DNA from: Candidatus Paceibacter sp.
GTDB taxonomy: Bacteria > Patescibacteriota > Patescibacteriia > S139-126
NCBI GenBank assembly: GCA_020724865.1
Contig: DYGA01000003.1
Span: forward strand, 1-61,900
Direction: 5' to 3'
DNA length: 61,900 nt
Under the pieces are notes generated by a model. The model saw only the letters and a program-made list of their open reading frames with translations. It was not told the origin of the DNA and ran no database searches. Of the stretch, positions 1 to 7,928 are shown piece after piece. Each line of letters opens with the position of its first letter. Position 1 is the stretch's first letter. The translations under genes and the position numbers were made by a program.

Positions 1-76
1 AACAGGTTCTGCTGATTGGGCTAGTGGTCTATATGTGAAGACTTTACCATCTGATAAACAAACTCTACAGAAATAA
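1..76 (+). CDS. 3' end of an unidentified CDS entering from upstream of the window
   Basis: The frame is open from the window edge to TAA at 74-76 (...TGSADWASGLYVKTLPSDKQTLQK*). An intrinsic terminator follows at 124-161. Too short to name. Confidence 0.3.
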   Translation, partial: TGSADWASGLYVKTLPSDKQTLQK

Positions 77-123
77 TATTTTTTAGTTGATTGTATTATC
101 AGAAGTTTAGTACTTCCAAACTT

Positions 124-161
124 CCACCCCCTGTTCCTATGGCAGGGGGTGGATTGTTTTT
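124..161 (+). terminator. Rho-independent terminator
   Basis: A 10-bp GC-rich stem, CCACCCCCTG (124-133) with CAGGGGGTGG (143-152), has a 9-nt loop and is followed by ATTGTTTTT. Confidence 0.75.
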
Positions 162-241
162 GGGTAGGATTTAGGATATAGGAGAAAGGGTATATGGTAG
201 ATAAAATTATTACTATATCCTAGTTCCTATATCCTAGCCCC
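162..241. repeat. Imperfect palindromic spacer, word family TAGGAT(A/T)T | ATATCCTA
   Basis: The left arm GGGTAGGATTTAGGATATAGGA faces the right arm TCCTATATCCTAGCCCC. Inner GGTATATGGTAG / TACTATATCC also face each other. Confidence 0.5.
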
Positions 242-365
242 TGTTTTTAATTAGTATTTTTTATAAGTTTTTGTTATAATTTTTATAGTTTTTTAACCAT
301 AAAATAACCTTATTGGATAAGTCATGATTATAAAATTAACAGTGTAAGGAAGGTAAGTTTGTGTA

Positions 366-466
366 TTAAATCAAAAGTCAAAACTTAAAATGCAAAAATA
401 CAATTCAAAAATAAAAAATAGTTTTAAGTTTTAAGTTGTAGTTTTGAGTTTTTATTTTTGATTTTT
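366..466. repeat. Imperfect AT-rich palindromic spacer, words CAAAAC/TTAAAA | GTTTTR/TTTTAA
   Basis: AAATCAAAAGTCAAAACTTAAAATGC... is mirrored by ...GTTTTAAGTTTTAAGTTGTAGTTTTGAG...TTTTGATTT. The 62-aa minus-strand ORF here (405..593) is low-complexity translation of this tract. Confidence 0.45.
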
Positions 467-498
467 TACTTAAATAATAATTTTTAATTATAATAAAT

Positions 499-1302
499 AT
501 GGAAAACCAAACAGAAAATATCCCAACCAACCCACCAATAAGTGAAAATACAAACAAAAACCGCGCTTGGTATTTGGTGATAATTATTGCCATTTTGGCA
601 GTAGTTTCTTTTTTGGTTTACAGCAATACTAAAGATAAAACTCCGCAGATCAGTGAAAAGCCAACCAATGGCGATGTATTGTTGGGAGATGAAGAATTGT
701 CACAATATTTTAAAAATGAAGAAAAAAAATTGGCACCAGACGTTTTACCACCCGCAGAAATCAAGGCTAGGTTTGAAGCAGATTTAGCTGCCGCCAAACA
801 ATATATAATTGATGAAGAAAATAAAGAGATGGGCAGTCCTTATCAAGGTTATATGGGAGTTGCCAATACTTTGCGGGCTTTAGGAAAATATGAAGAAGCA
901 GAACAAGCATATCTTGATATGATAGCCAAATTTCCTGATGATGAGCTTATCTATCACAATCTTGGTGTTTTGTATGAAGATATGCATCAGTATTTGGAGG
1001 CGGCCAAAGCTTACACTACTTCTATTGCCAAAAAACCACAAGAATTGATTGCTTATATGAAGTTGGCTGATCTTTATGTAAAACATTCTACTCAACCAGA
1101 CAAGGCCAAAGAAGTGTATCTGAAAGCTTTGGAAGCAACCAACAATCATCCTGAAATGCTCAAAGCTTTTGCCAATTATTTAGAAACAGTAGAAAAAAAC
1201 TTACCCCAAGCCTTGCTGTACTGGAAAGAAGTGTTGAAAGCTTATCCTGAAAACCAAGCAGTCAAAGAGAGAGTAGAAGAACTTGAAAAAAAGACTAATT
1301 AA
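499..1302 (+). CDS. Membrane-anchored TPR-repeat protein
   Basis: It has an N-terminal TM helix (AWYLVIIIAILAVVSFLVY). TPR-like 34-aa repeats follow (YMGVANTLRALGKYEEAEQAYLDMIAKFPDD, YHNLGVLYEDMHQYLEAAKAY...). Confidence 0.8.
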   Translation: MENQTENIPTNPPISENTNKNRAWYLVIIIAILAVVSFLVYSNTKDKTPQISEKPTNGDVLLGDEELSQYFKNEEKKLAPDVLPPAEIKARFEADLAAAKQYIIDEENKEMGSPYQGYMGVANTLRALGKYEEAEQAYLDMIAKFPDDELIYHNLGVLYEDMHQYLEAAKAYTTSIAKKPQELIAYMKLADLYVKHSTQPDKAKEVYLKALEATNNHPEMLKAFANYLETVEKNLPQALLYWKEVLKAYPENQAVKERVEELEKKTN

Positions 1303-1357
1303 TTTTAAATTTTAAATTATAAATTTTAAATCAATTTTTAATTTTTAATTAAAATAT

Positions 1358-1717
1358 ATGAGGAGAGAGAGTGCTAATTTTGACCTTGAAGAAAGGACAG
1401 CTAAGTTTGGTGAAGATGTATTAAAATTTTTAAAAGAAATAAAAATAACATTAAAAAATCAGTCAATTGTTCAGCAGCTTATAAAATCAGCAACTTCTAT
1501 AGGTGCTAACTATATGGAGGCATCAGGTGCAGAGTCAAAAAAAGACTTGAAACACAAAATAAGTATATGTAAAAAAGAAACCAGAGAAACAAAACATTGG
1601 CTCAGAATGATAGCTATTTTGCACTCTGATAGGAAAGCGCCAATAAAAATACTATGGCAAGAAGCACATGAACTTACTTTAATATTTTGTAAGATTATAA
1701 GAACTTGTAAAAATTAA
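1358..1717 (+). CDS. Four-helix-bundle protein (TIGR02436 / 23S rRNA intervening-sequence protein family, Avd-like)
   Basis: The 119-aa product carries the family core SATSIGANYMEASGAESKKDLKHKISICKKETRETKHWLRM. The gene is bracketed by inverted AAATTATAAATTT-type arms. Confidence 0.85.
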   Translation: MRRESANFDLEERTAKFGEDVLKFLKEIKITLKNQSIVQQLIKSATSIGANYMEASGAESKKDLKHKISICKKETRETKHWLRMIAILHSDRKAPIKILWQEAHELTLIFCKIIRTCKN

Positions 1718-1761
1718 ATAATTTATAATTTAAACTTTATAATTTATAATTTCTAAATCAA

Positions 1762-3954
1762 ATGTCCCAAAACACCTTAAAACGAATCATCCAAATAGGT
1801 CTGGCAGCAGTGCTGTTTGTCCCCATCCTGATCAGTGGCAAATTTTTGTTTCCTTATATTCATCTCAAAAACGCTTCATTTCGTGTGATAGTCACAGTTT
1901 TATTGGTATTGGCAATCTGGTATTTGTGGCGGCAAGGTCAGATTTATGGCAAGAAAAATTATGTATTGTATTCTTTTGCAGGTTTGTTTTTGATTGAAGT
2001 TATTGCCGGGGTGTTTGGGGTAAATCCATACAACAGTTTTTGGAGCAATTATGAACGGATGGACGGGATAGTTTTATTTTTTCATTTACTTGTTTTTTTG
2101 TGGTTACTGATACAATTTTTTCAAACCAGAGAAGAGTGGTTGTGGCTTTTGCGTTCGTCACTGGTAGTGGCTTTGATTTTGTCTATTTACGGACTTTTAC
2201 AGCGGGCCGGAGTTAGTAATGCTTGGATTTTGCCCAATGATGCTCCCCGCATTGCCTCAACCATTGGCAATCCGGCCTATTTTGGCGGGTATTTGTTGTT
2301 CCATGTATTTTTTTCTGGGATTTTACTTTATTTAGATAGGGTTAAGTGGCGCCAAGTGATTTATGCTTTGGGCATAATATTTTTTACCTATATGATGTAT
2401 ACTACTGGCACCAGAGGCCCTTTTTTGGGTTTTATTTTTGGTTTGGGAGTGATGGGGGTGATGTATTTCAAACACGCCAGTAAAAATTTAAAAGTCGGCA
2501 TAGCTATTGGGTTGTTGTTGATTCCTTTGTCAGGATTATTTTTGTATTCACAGCGCAATTCTGAATGGCTAAAAAATTATTCTACTTTTCACCGTATTGC
2601 CAATATCAATTTGAAAGATTTGACTACCATTGATCGTATCAATACTTATGTCACTTCTTGGCATGCTTATACTGACAGACCATTGCTTGGTTATGGGCCG
2701 GAAAATTATCGTTATGGTTTCAATAAATACTACAATCCCGAATTGCATGAGCAGTGGTTTGATCGAGCCCACAGTGTAATTTTTGACTATCTAAATTTGG
2801 GCGGTCCTTTGGCGTTGCTATTTTATTTAGCACTGTTAGGATCAGCAGTATATTATCTGTGGCAGGCAAGAAGAGATGATTATTTTTTGAGTGTGTTATT
2901 AATTGGTTTGATTTCGGCTTATTTTTTCCAAAATTTATTTGTGTTTGATTCATTGAATACATATTTGCCGTTGTTGGTGACATTAGCTATGTCGGCTTGG
3001 TTGTATAAGCGGCAGAAAAATGAAGTTTGGACTTTGCCGGCAAGTGTGCAGTCACTAATGATGCCGATATTGGGTTTGGCAGTAGTTTTGGTTGTATTTA
3101 GTAATTATTTTATTGTGATCAAACCCGCTCGAGCCAATTTGACTGCTATTGAAGCTTTCCGTTATACGCAAGCAGATCCCGCTAAATCTTTGGAACTTTT
3201 CCAGCAAGCTATAGATATGAACACTTATGGTAGCAGAGAAATAATGTTACAATTGAACAATTTTGCTTCACAAATTGCGCGCGATCAAAAACAAACTGCA
3301 GAGTTCAGAAAAAAAGTATTTGATGTTAATCGGCGTTATGCCTTATCTCATTTAGAAAAAGATCCAGCTGATATTCAATTTCGTATGCTGCTGGCAAATA
3401 CTTATCTCAACTACGCTGTGATTGATGGAACTTATTTACAAAAAACCGTTGATTTATTGGAACCGCATATTGTTGATTCGCCGGATCGATTGGAACTTTA
3501 TTTTACTTTGGTACAGGCTTATTTGGGGATGAACAATTTAGATAAGGCCGGTCAATATGCGAAAACTGCATTTGCCAAAACGCAAAACAAACCTTCAGTT
3601 TATTTGAATCTCATGAATTATTATGCCGCCGTCCGCGATCAAGAAAATTTTACTCGTCTAGCTGATGAATATGAAGTTAAATTTGATTTGGGATTTGCCG
3701 ACTGGCAGCAGTTGTCAGAGTTTTATTATAATGTTGGTTTATACGACCGCGCTGAGCGAATTTTGCGGGACAAAATCATTAGCCAAGATCCTAACAATTT
3801 ACAAAATTATGCCGGACTAGTAGCAGTTTTACGCGCTCAAGGTAGGTTGGATGAGGCTATAGCGCTATTAAATGAATTAAAAATCGCCTTTCCATCTGCT
3901 GCCCAAGATATTGAGAGTTATAAGAAGCAGTTGGAAGGAGAGAGGGATCAATAA
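1762..3954 (+). CDS. O-antigen ligase/Wzy_C-like polytopic membrane protein with a C-terminal TPR domain
   Basis: About 12 TM segments include a GTRGPFLGFIFGLGV loop region typical of O-antigen ligase-like proteins. The C-terminal ~270 aa are soluble and TPR-like. Confidence 0.75.
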   Translation: MSQNTLKRIIQIGLAAVLFVPILISGKFLFPYIHLKNASFRVIVTVLLVLAIWYLWRQGQIYGKKNYVLYSFAGLFLIEVIAGVFGVNPYNSFWSNYERMDGIVLFFHLLVFLWLLIQFFQTREEWLWLLRSSLVVALILSIYGLLQRAGVSNAWILPNDAPRIASTIGNPAYFGGYLLFHVFFSGILLYLDRVKWRQVIYALGIIFFTYMMYTTGTRGPFLGFIFGLGVMGVMYFKHASKNLKVGIAIGLLLIPLSGLFLYSQRNSEWLKNYSTFHRIANINLKDLTTIDRINTYVTSWHAYTDRPLLGYGPENYRYGFNKYYNPELHEQWFDRAHSVIFDYLNLGGPLALLFYLALLGSAVYYLWQARRDDYFLSVLLIGLISAYFFQNLFVFDSLNTYLPLLVTLAMSAWLYKRQKNEVWTLPASVQSLMMPILGLAVVLVVFSNYFIVIKPARANLTAIEAFRYTQADPAKSLELFQQAIDMNTYGSREIMLQLNNFASQIARDQKQTAEFRKKVFDVNRRYALSHLEKDPADIQFRMLLANTYLNYAVIDGTYLQKTVDLLEPHIVDSPDRLELYFTLVQAYLGMNNLDKAGQYAKTAFAKTQNKPSVYLNLMNYYAAVRDQENFTRLADEYEVKFDLGFADWQQLSEFYYNVGLYDRAERILRDKIISQDPNNLQNYAGLVAVLRAQGRLDEAIALLNELKIAFPSAAQDIESYKKQLEGERDQ

Positions 3955-4052
3955 TTACTAATAACTAATTTCTAATTACTAATGAATTACTAATTAATTA
4001 ATTTATTAAATTAAAACATTGATTAGTTATTCGTAATTAGTAATTAATAATT
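3955..4052. repeat. Imperfect palindromic spacer, word family TTACTAAT | ATTAGTAA
   Basis: TTACTAATAACTAATTTCTAATTACTAATGAATTACTAATTAATTAA ... ATTGATTAGTTATTCGTAATTAGTAATTAATAATT. The tract starts directly after the stop codon at 3952-3954. Confidence 0.55.
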
Positions 4053-4218
4053 GACCAAAAAGTTATCCACTTGTCATCTAGAAGAATGTTTTTATAATAA
4101 AAATAAAGATAAATAATACTAGAAAGGAGGAAAATTAGTTAAAAGTTTATCTTGTTGAATTGTACCGCACCATCAGTGGCGGGTTTAACAAGAATTAAAA
4201 TTTGTAAAGTTAAAATCT

Positions 4219-4323
4219 TTGTCATGCTGAACTTGGTTCAGCATCTAAAAATAGACCATGAAACAAGTTCAGGGTGACAAAGATAAGTTCAGAGTGACAA
4301 AAGTAGATAAGTCCAGGGTGAGA
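4219..4323. repeat. Hairpin-module repeat, locus A
   Basis: GTC-ATGCTGAAC-TTG-GTTCAGCAT-C forms a perfect 9-bp hairpin at 4224-4244. Three tandem degenerate AAGTTCAGGGTGACAAAG units follow (4258-4323). Confidence 0.6.
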
Positions 4324-4443
4324 TACTAATAAATGGAAAATTAAAATTAATAATAATATCTATAAGTTTATTAAAAATACTACTAATTTTACCCTGTGGA
4401 AAAGTTATTATTCAAGGTAGTTAATATTTGGTATAATTTTAGC

Positions 4444-4527
4444 GAAAAAGTTATTTCGATTTTATTGATTAGTTTTGTTTATAACTCTTAGGGGAGAGGA
4501 ACGCCGCGCTGCAGCACGGCGTTTTTT
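4444..4527 (+). ncRNA. Candidate small RNA (about 84 nt) between an extended -10 promoter and a strong terminator
   Basis: TGGTATAAT (TGn + TATAAT, 4429-4437) lies about 7 nt upstream. There is no ATG/GTG ORF in the interval, and it ends at the 4500-4527 terminator. Internal 5' hairpin CGAAA-AAGTTA-TTTCG. The 5' end is inferred only. Confidence 0.4.
4500..4527 (+). terminator. Rho-independent terminator
   Basis: AACGCCGCGC-TGCA-GCACGGCGTT forms a 9-bp stem with one mismatch, followed by TTTTTT (4522-4527). Confidence 0.8.
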
Positions 4528-4555
4528 GATACAAAAAAACAGACCAAGGCCTGAA

Positions 4556-4650
4556 ATTACTAATGATTAATAACTAGTAACTAATCAATGATTTAATTTA
4601 AAAATTAATTAATTAGAAACTCATTAGTAATTATAAATTAGTAATTAATA
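4556..4650. repeat. Imperfect palindromic spacer, word family TTACTAAT | ATTAGTAA
   Basis: ATTACTAATGATTAATAACTAGTAACTAATCAATGATTT ... AATTAGAAACTCATTAGTAATTATAAATTAGTAATTAATAATT. The tract abuts the stop codon of the GT4 gene. Confidence 0.5.
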
Positions 4651-4651
4651 A

Positions 4652-5785
4652 TTAATTGAAGTATATTTCCTTAGTTTTATTTATCATGTTGGCTATGTCA
4701 ATTTGTTTTCTCACTCGATCAAGTTGTTTTTGTTCTAGAGGAGTTTGATTTATAAGTTCAGAGATAGCTTGAATCAAGGCATTGGTATCATTTGACTCTA
4801 CCAACCGATAGTGGGTTTGCGGATAAAATTCCAGCATTTCAAAAATACCTCCTACCCGGGTAGCAACAATTGGCAGTCCTTGAGCCATTGCTTCCAATAA
4901 AGTATAAGGTAAACCTTCCTTGACTGATGGTAAAACAAAAACATTGAAAGCGGAAATAAATTTTTTAGCTCCTTGAATACTGCCTAACAAAAATACTTTG
5001 TTAGTTAATTTTTTTTGTTTAATCATGTCTTGTAAATAATTTTTTTCTGGCCCCTCGCCGATAATGGTAAAAATTGTGTCAGAGTTTGTTTTAACAATTT
5101 GTTCGGCAGCAGTAATAAGTGCCGGGAGGTTTTTGGTGGGGTAGAGGTTGGCTATTGAGCCGATGATATAATTGTTTGTTGTAATTGCTATGTTGGAGGT
5201 AAAATTCGCCAGTTTTTCTCGGGCTGATTGTTGGGAAAGATTGTCTGAATTATTTATATCAATACCGTTGTGGATAGTAACAATTTTATCCATAGGGAAT
5301 TTGTTGAGTCTGGCGGCTGAACGATCGTATTCGGATACGCAAATAACTTTGTTTTTATATTTGGCAGAAAGCTTTTCTGCCCACAAATAAATTTTTTTCG
5401 CAATATCAGACAATGGTTCCAAAAACACCCAACCGTGGGCAGTGTAGATAACTTTTTTATTTAAACCCCAAGCCGCTAGGGATCCCAAAATGCTAATTTT
5501 ACTACTGTTTAAGTGGATGATATCAGGGTTTAGTTTTTTGATCAGTTTTCTGATTGCAAAAATTGCCGCCAGGTCATAATGAGGTAAAATTGAACGTTTT
5601 ACATATTTTAGCTCATACCAAGGTATGCCGGCATCTTTTAGTTTCAAAGGCAGCCAATCAGTGTTGATACCTCCCGAGGCAACAGAAATATCAAATTCAG
5701 TTTGCAAATGAGTGGCCAAATCCAAAACATAAGCTTGGGCGCCGCCCGCTTCGGGTAAAGTGATTAGATAGAGAATTTTTTGCAT
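4652..5785 (-). CDS. Glycosyltransferase family 4 (GT-B, Glycos_transf_1)
   Basis: The 377-aa product has an N-terminal GGAQAYV motif and the C-terminal EX7E region PSVKEGLPYTLLEAMAQGLPIVATRVGG. Confidence 0.85.
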   Translation of the reverse strand: MQKILYLITLPEAGGAQAYVLDLATHLQTEFDISVASGGINTDWLPLKLKDAGIPWYELKYVKRSILPHYDLAAIFAIRKLIKKLNPDIIHLNSSKISILGSLAAWGLNKKVIYTAHGWVFLEPLSDIAKKIYLWAEKLSAKYKNKVICVSEYDRSAARLNKFPMDKIVTIHNGIDINNSDNLSQQSAREKLANFTSNIAITTNNYIIGSIANLYPTKNLPALITAAEQIVKTNSDTIFTIIGEGPEKNYLQDMIKQKKLTNKVFLLGSIQGAKKFISAFNVFVLPSVKEGLPYTLLEAMAQGLPIVATRVGGIFEMLEFYPQTHYRLVESNDTNALIQAISELINQTPLEQKQLDRVRKQIDIANMINKTKEIYFN

Positions 5786-5805
5786 AGCAAAAAAAGACTT
5801 ATGAT

Positions 5806-6201
5806 TTATGAGGTATGATTTAAGAATTCTTTTGTTTTTGTTAGAAACCCTTGCAGTAGAGCATGTGTAACATTTGCTTGTTCTACTAACGATTTTAAAT
5901 TTGTTTCATTTAAATAACCAACATCTTTAGCAATCAATATTTGGTCTTTCAATTCAGTTAGAGAACCTTGGGCTTGATAATAAAAACGTAGTTTATCTTT
6001 ATAACCTTGTCTACCAAATCCTTCAGCGATATTACTGGTTACGGAGCTAGATGACCTTCTCATCTGATCAACCAATGAATAAGTTTCTTCTTTAGGAAAA
6101 TTTTTGGTTATAGAAAATATTAATATGACTAGTTTATGTCCTTCCTGCCAAACTTTTAAATCAGTAAAAGATTTTATTTTATTGTTTTCTGAATTATTCA
6201 T
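5806..6201 (-). CDS. Four-helix-bundle protein (TIGR02436 / 23S rRNA IVS protein family)
   Basis: SFTDLKVWQEGHKLVILIFSITKNFPKEETYSLVDQMRRSSSSVTSNIAEGFGRQGYKDKLRFYYQAQGSLTEL is the textbook family signature. The gene is wedged between two GT genes with about 20-nt inverted flanks. Confidence 0.9.
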   Translation of the reverse strand: MNNSENNKIKSFTDLKVWQEGHKLVILIFSITKNFPKEETYSLVDQMRRSSSSVTSNIAEGFGRQGYKDKLRFYYQAQGSLTELKDQILIAKDVGYLNETNLKSLVEQANVTHALLQGFLTKTKEFLNHTS

Positions 6202-6220
6202 AAATCTTAAATCATAAATC

Positions 6221-6997
6221 TTATTTACTAATTATTAATTTTTTAACCAAGTATCTCGCTGTTCTTCGCGCATATGCCCCCAAAAATCCAGGATAATCTC
6301 GTCGGTATTTTACCACCAATCTAATATTCATTTTCATCATAGCAAGTAATTTTTTTTTGGTCACGTTGGTTTCGTGTTTCCGATATTTTGTAAAATAATC
6401 TGGTAAATTTGCTATTTTCCACATCACGGCCATACGTAACCATAGATCATAATCTTCCAAAAAAGGTAAAGATTCATCATAACCTTTTAAGTGGGCAATT
6501 CCTGCCGTTCGCATCAAAACACTGGAATGGGCTAGGGGGTTTTTGTAAAGAATTGTTTTTTTGATTTGTTTAGAATCTGTGGGATTTTGGTATCTGCTTA
6601 TTTCTTTACCTTCGGTATCAATTACAATTACGCCAGTGCCTACCACCGCACAATCTGTATGAGTATTTAAATATTCAATTTGTTTTTTCAATTTTTCTTT
6701 ATCTGCCCATAAGTCATCACTATCAAGAATTGCCAAAAATTCACCTCGCGCTGCTTTTAATCCTTGATTGCGGGCGGCGCTAATCCCAGGATCATTTACA
6801 TTTTTTATATACACAAATCTTTTGTCGTCTGCTGCCAATTCGCCAATTATTTTGGCAGTAGTTTCATAGTCACCATTATCCACCACGATCAATTCCCAAT
6901 CAGTGACGGTTTGGTTTAATACAGATTGAATCATCTCGGGAAGGAATTTTTCCCGTCCTTGGTGGGTAAGGGTGATGATGGATACTTTTGGAATCAT
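6221..6997 (-). CDS. Glycosyltransferase family 2
   Basis: VSIITLTHQG...NQTVTDWELIVVDNG and the DSDD motif (LAILDSDDLW) are typical of GT-A/GT2 enzymes. Confidence 0.85.
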   Translation of the reverse strand: MIPKVSIITLTHQGREKFLPEMIQSVLNQTVTDWELIVVDNGDYETTAKIIGELAADDKRFVYIKNVNDPGISAARNQGLKAARGEFLAILDSDDLWADKEKLKKQIEYLNTHTDCAVVGTGVIVIDTEGKEISRYQNPTDSKQIKKTILYKNPLAHSSVLMRTAGIAHLKGYDESLPFLEDYDLWLRMAVMWKIANLPDYFTKYRKHETNVTKKKLLAMMKMNIRLVVKYRRDYPGFLGAYARRTARYLVKKLIISK

Positions 6998-7071
6998 TCA
7001 AAAAGATTTAGGATTTAAGATTTAGGATTTAAGAATGATTTTCATAAATCATAAATATCATACTTCATAAA
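6998..7071. repeat. Imperfect palindromic spacer, words GATTTAGGATTTAAG | CATAAATCATAAAT
   Basis: AGATTTAGGATTTAAGATTTAGGATTTAAGAATGATTTT faces CATAAATCATAAATATCATACTTCATAAATCAT. It fills the whole gap between two co-directional GT genes. Confidence 0.45.
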
Positions 7072-7911
7072 TCATATAGTTTGCCAATCTTTAGGTAGTA
7101 AGTCGCGATAGTGCTGCTGATATTTATTGTTCCATTTTTTGGGAGCAATGACAATTTTGTTTTGATTTTGATTTATGTAAGCCGCCCACCAAGAAAAAGT
7201 GCTGTTGGCAATTATTTGGTGTTGACATTGACTCATCAATATCAGTTCTTGGGCAGAATCACTGTTTTTTTCAGCTGCTACATAAATGGTTGGTTTATCG
7301 GTAATTAAATTTTTTTGTGCCCAAGCAATATCATCAGAAAAAACAAAATAAACCGGATTGCTAAGTTTATTCTTTATTAAATCCAAAGCTTGCTGATAAT
7401 AATTTATATCTATTGTCTGATGAATTGATTTAATTTTTTGGTTATAAGCAAAATCTCCGCGTCGGATATGAACTGCTACTGATTGATTAGATATTATTTG
7501 GTTACTGATATTTTGGTAATAATTATCCAGCGGTTTTTTTAAAGTGATTTCAGTAAGTAATTTATCTCGGATTGGATCTAGGTATTTATAGGATTGGAAA
7601 TAACCTTCAAAATAATGTCTTTTACTAGAAAGCAAAGAGGGGATATAGCCAATATTAAATTGCCGGAAAAGTTTTTGTTTGATAAATCTGGCATATGGTG
7701 GGGGAGTATATTTTTTTAGCTCATCTGGGGTGGCAATATCTGCTTGGATGTTGAATTTAGACAAATCAAAGTCACGTTTAGTGTCTTTGCCTTTCCCCAA
7801 AGCTGAAATATCCAATTTTAGTTGTTCATTTCTTTGTGTAGTCAAAAGTCTGCCAAATCCGTATTGGAATAGTTGATTGCCTAGGCCCCCTTTTAGTTTG
7901 ATGATTATCAT
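7072..7911 (-). CDS. Alpha-1,2-fucosyltransferase (GT11 family)
   Basis: The N-terminal LKGGLGNQLFQYGFG, HIRRGDF and FSDD motifs are the GT11 (FutC/WbsJ-like) signatures. Confidence 0.8.
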   Translation of the reverse strand: MIIIKLKGGLGNQLFQYGFGRLLTTQRNEQLKLDISALGKGKDTKRDFDLSKFNIQADIATPDELKKYTPPPYARFIKQKLFRQFNIGYIPSLLSSKRHYFEGYFQSYKYLDPIRDKLLTEITLKKPLDNYYQNISNQIISNQSVAVHIRRGDFAYNQKIKSIHQTIDINYYQQALDLIKNKLSNPVYFVFSDDIAWAQKNLITDKPTIYVAAEKNSDSAQELILMSQCQHQIIANSTFSWWAAYINQNQNKIVIAPKKWNNKYQQHYRDLLPKDWQTI

Positions 7912-7928
7912 TTAATTATTTATTTTTT

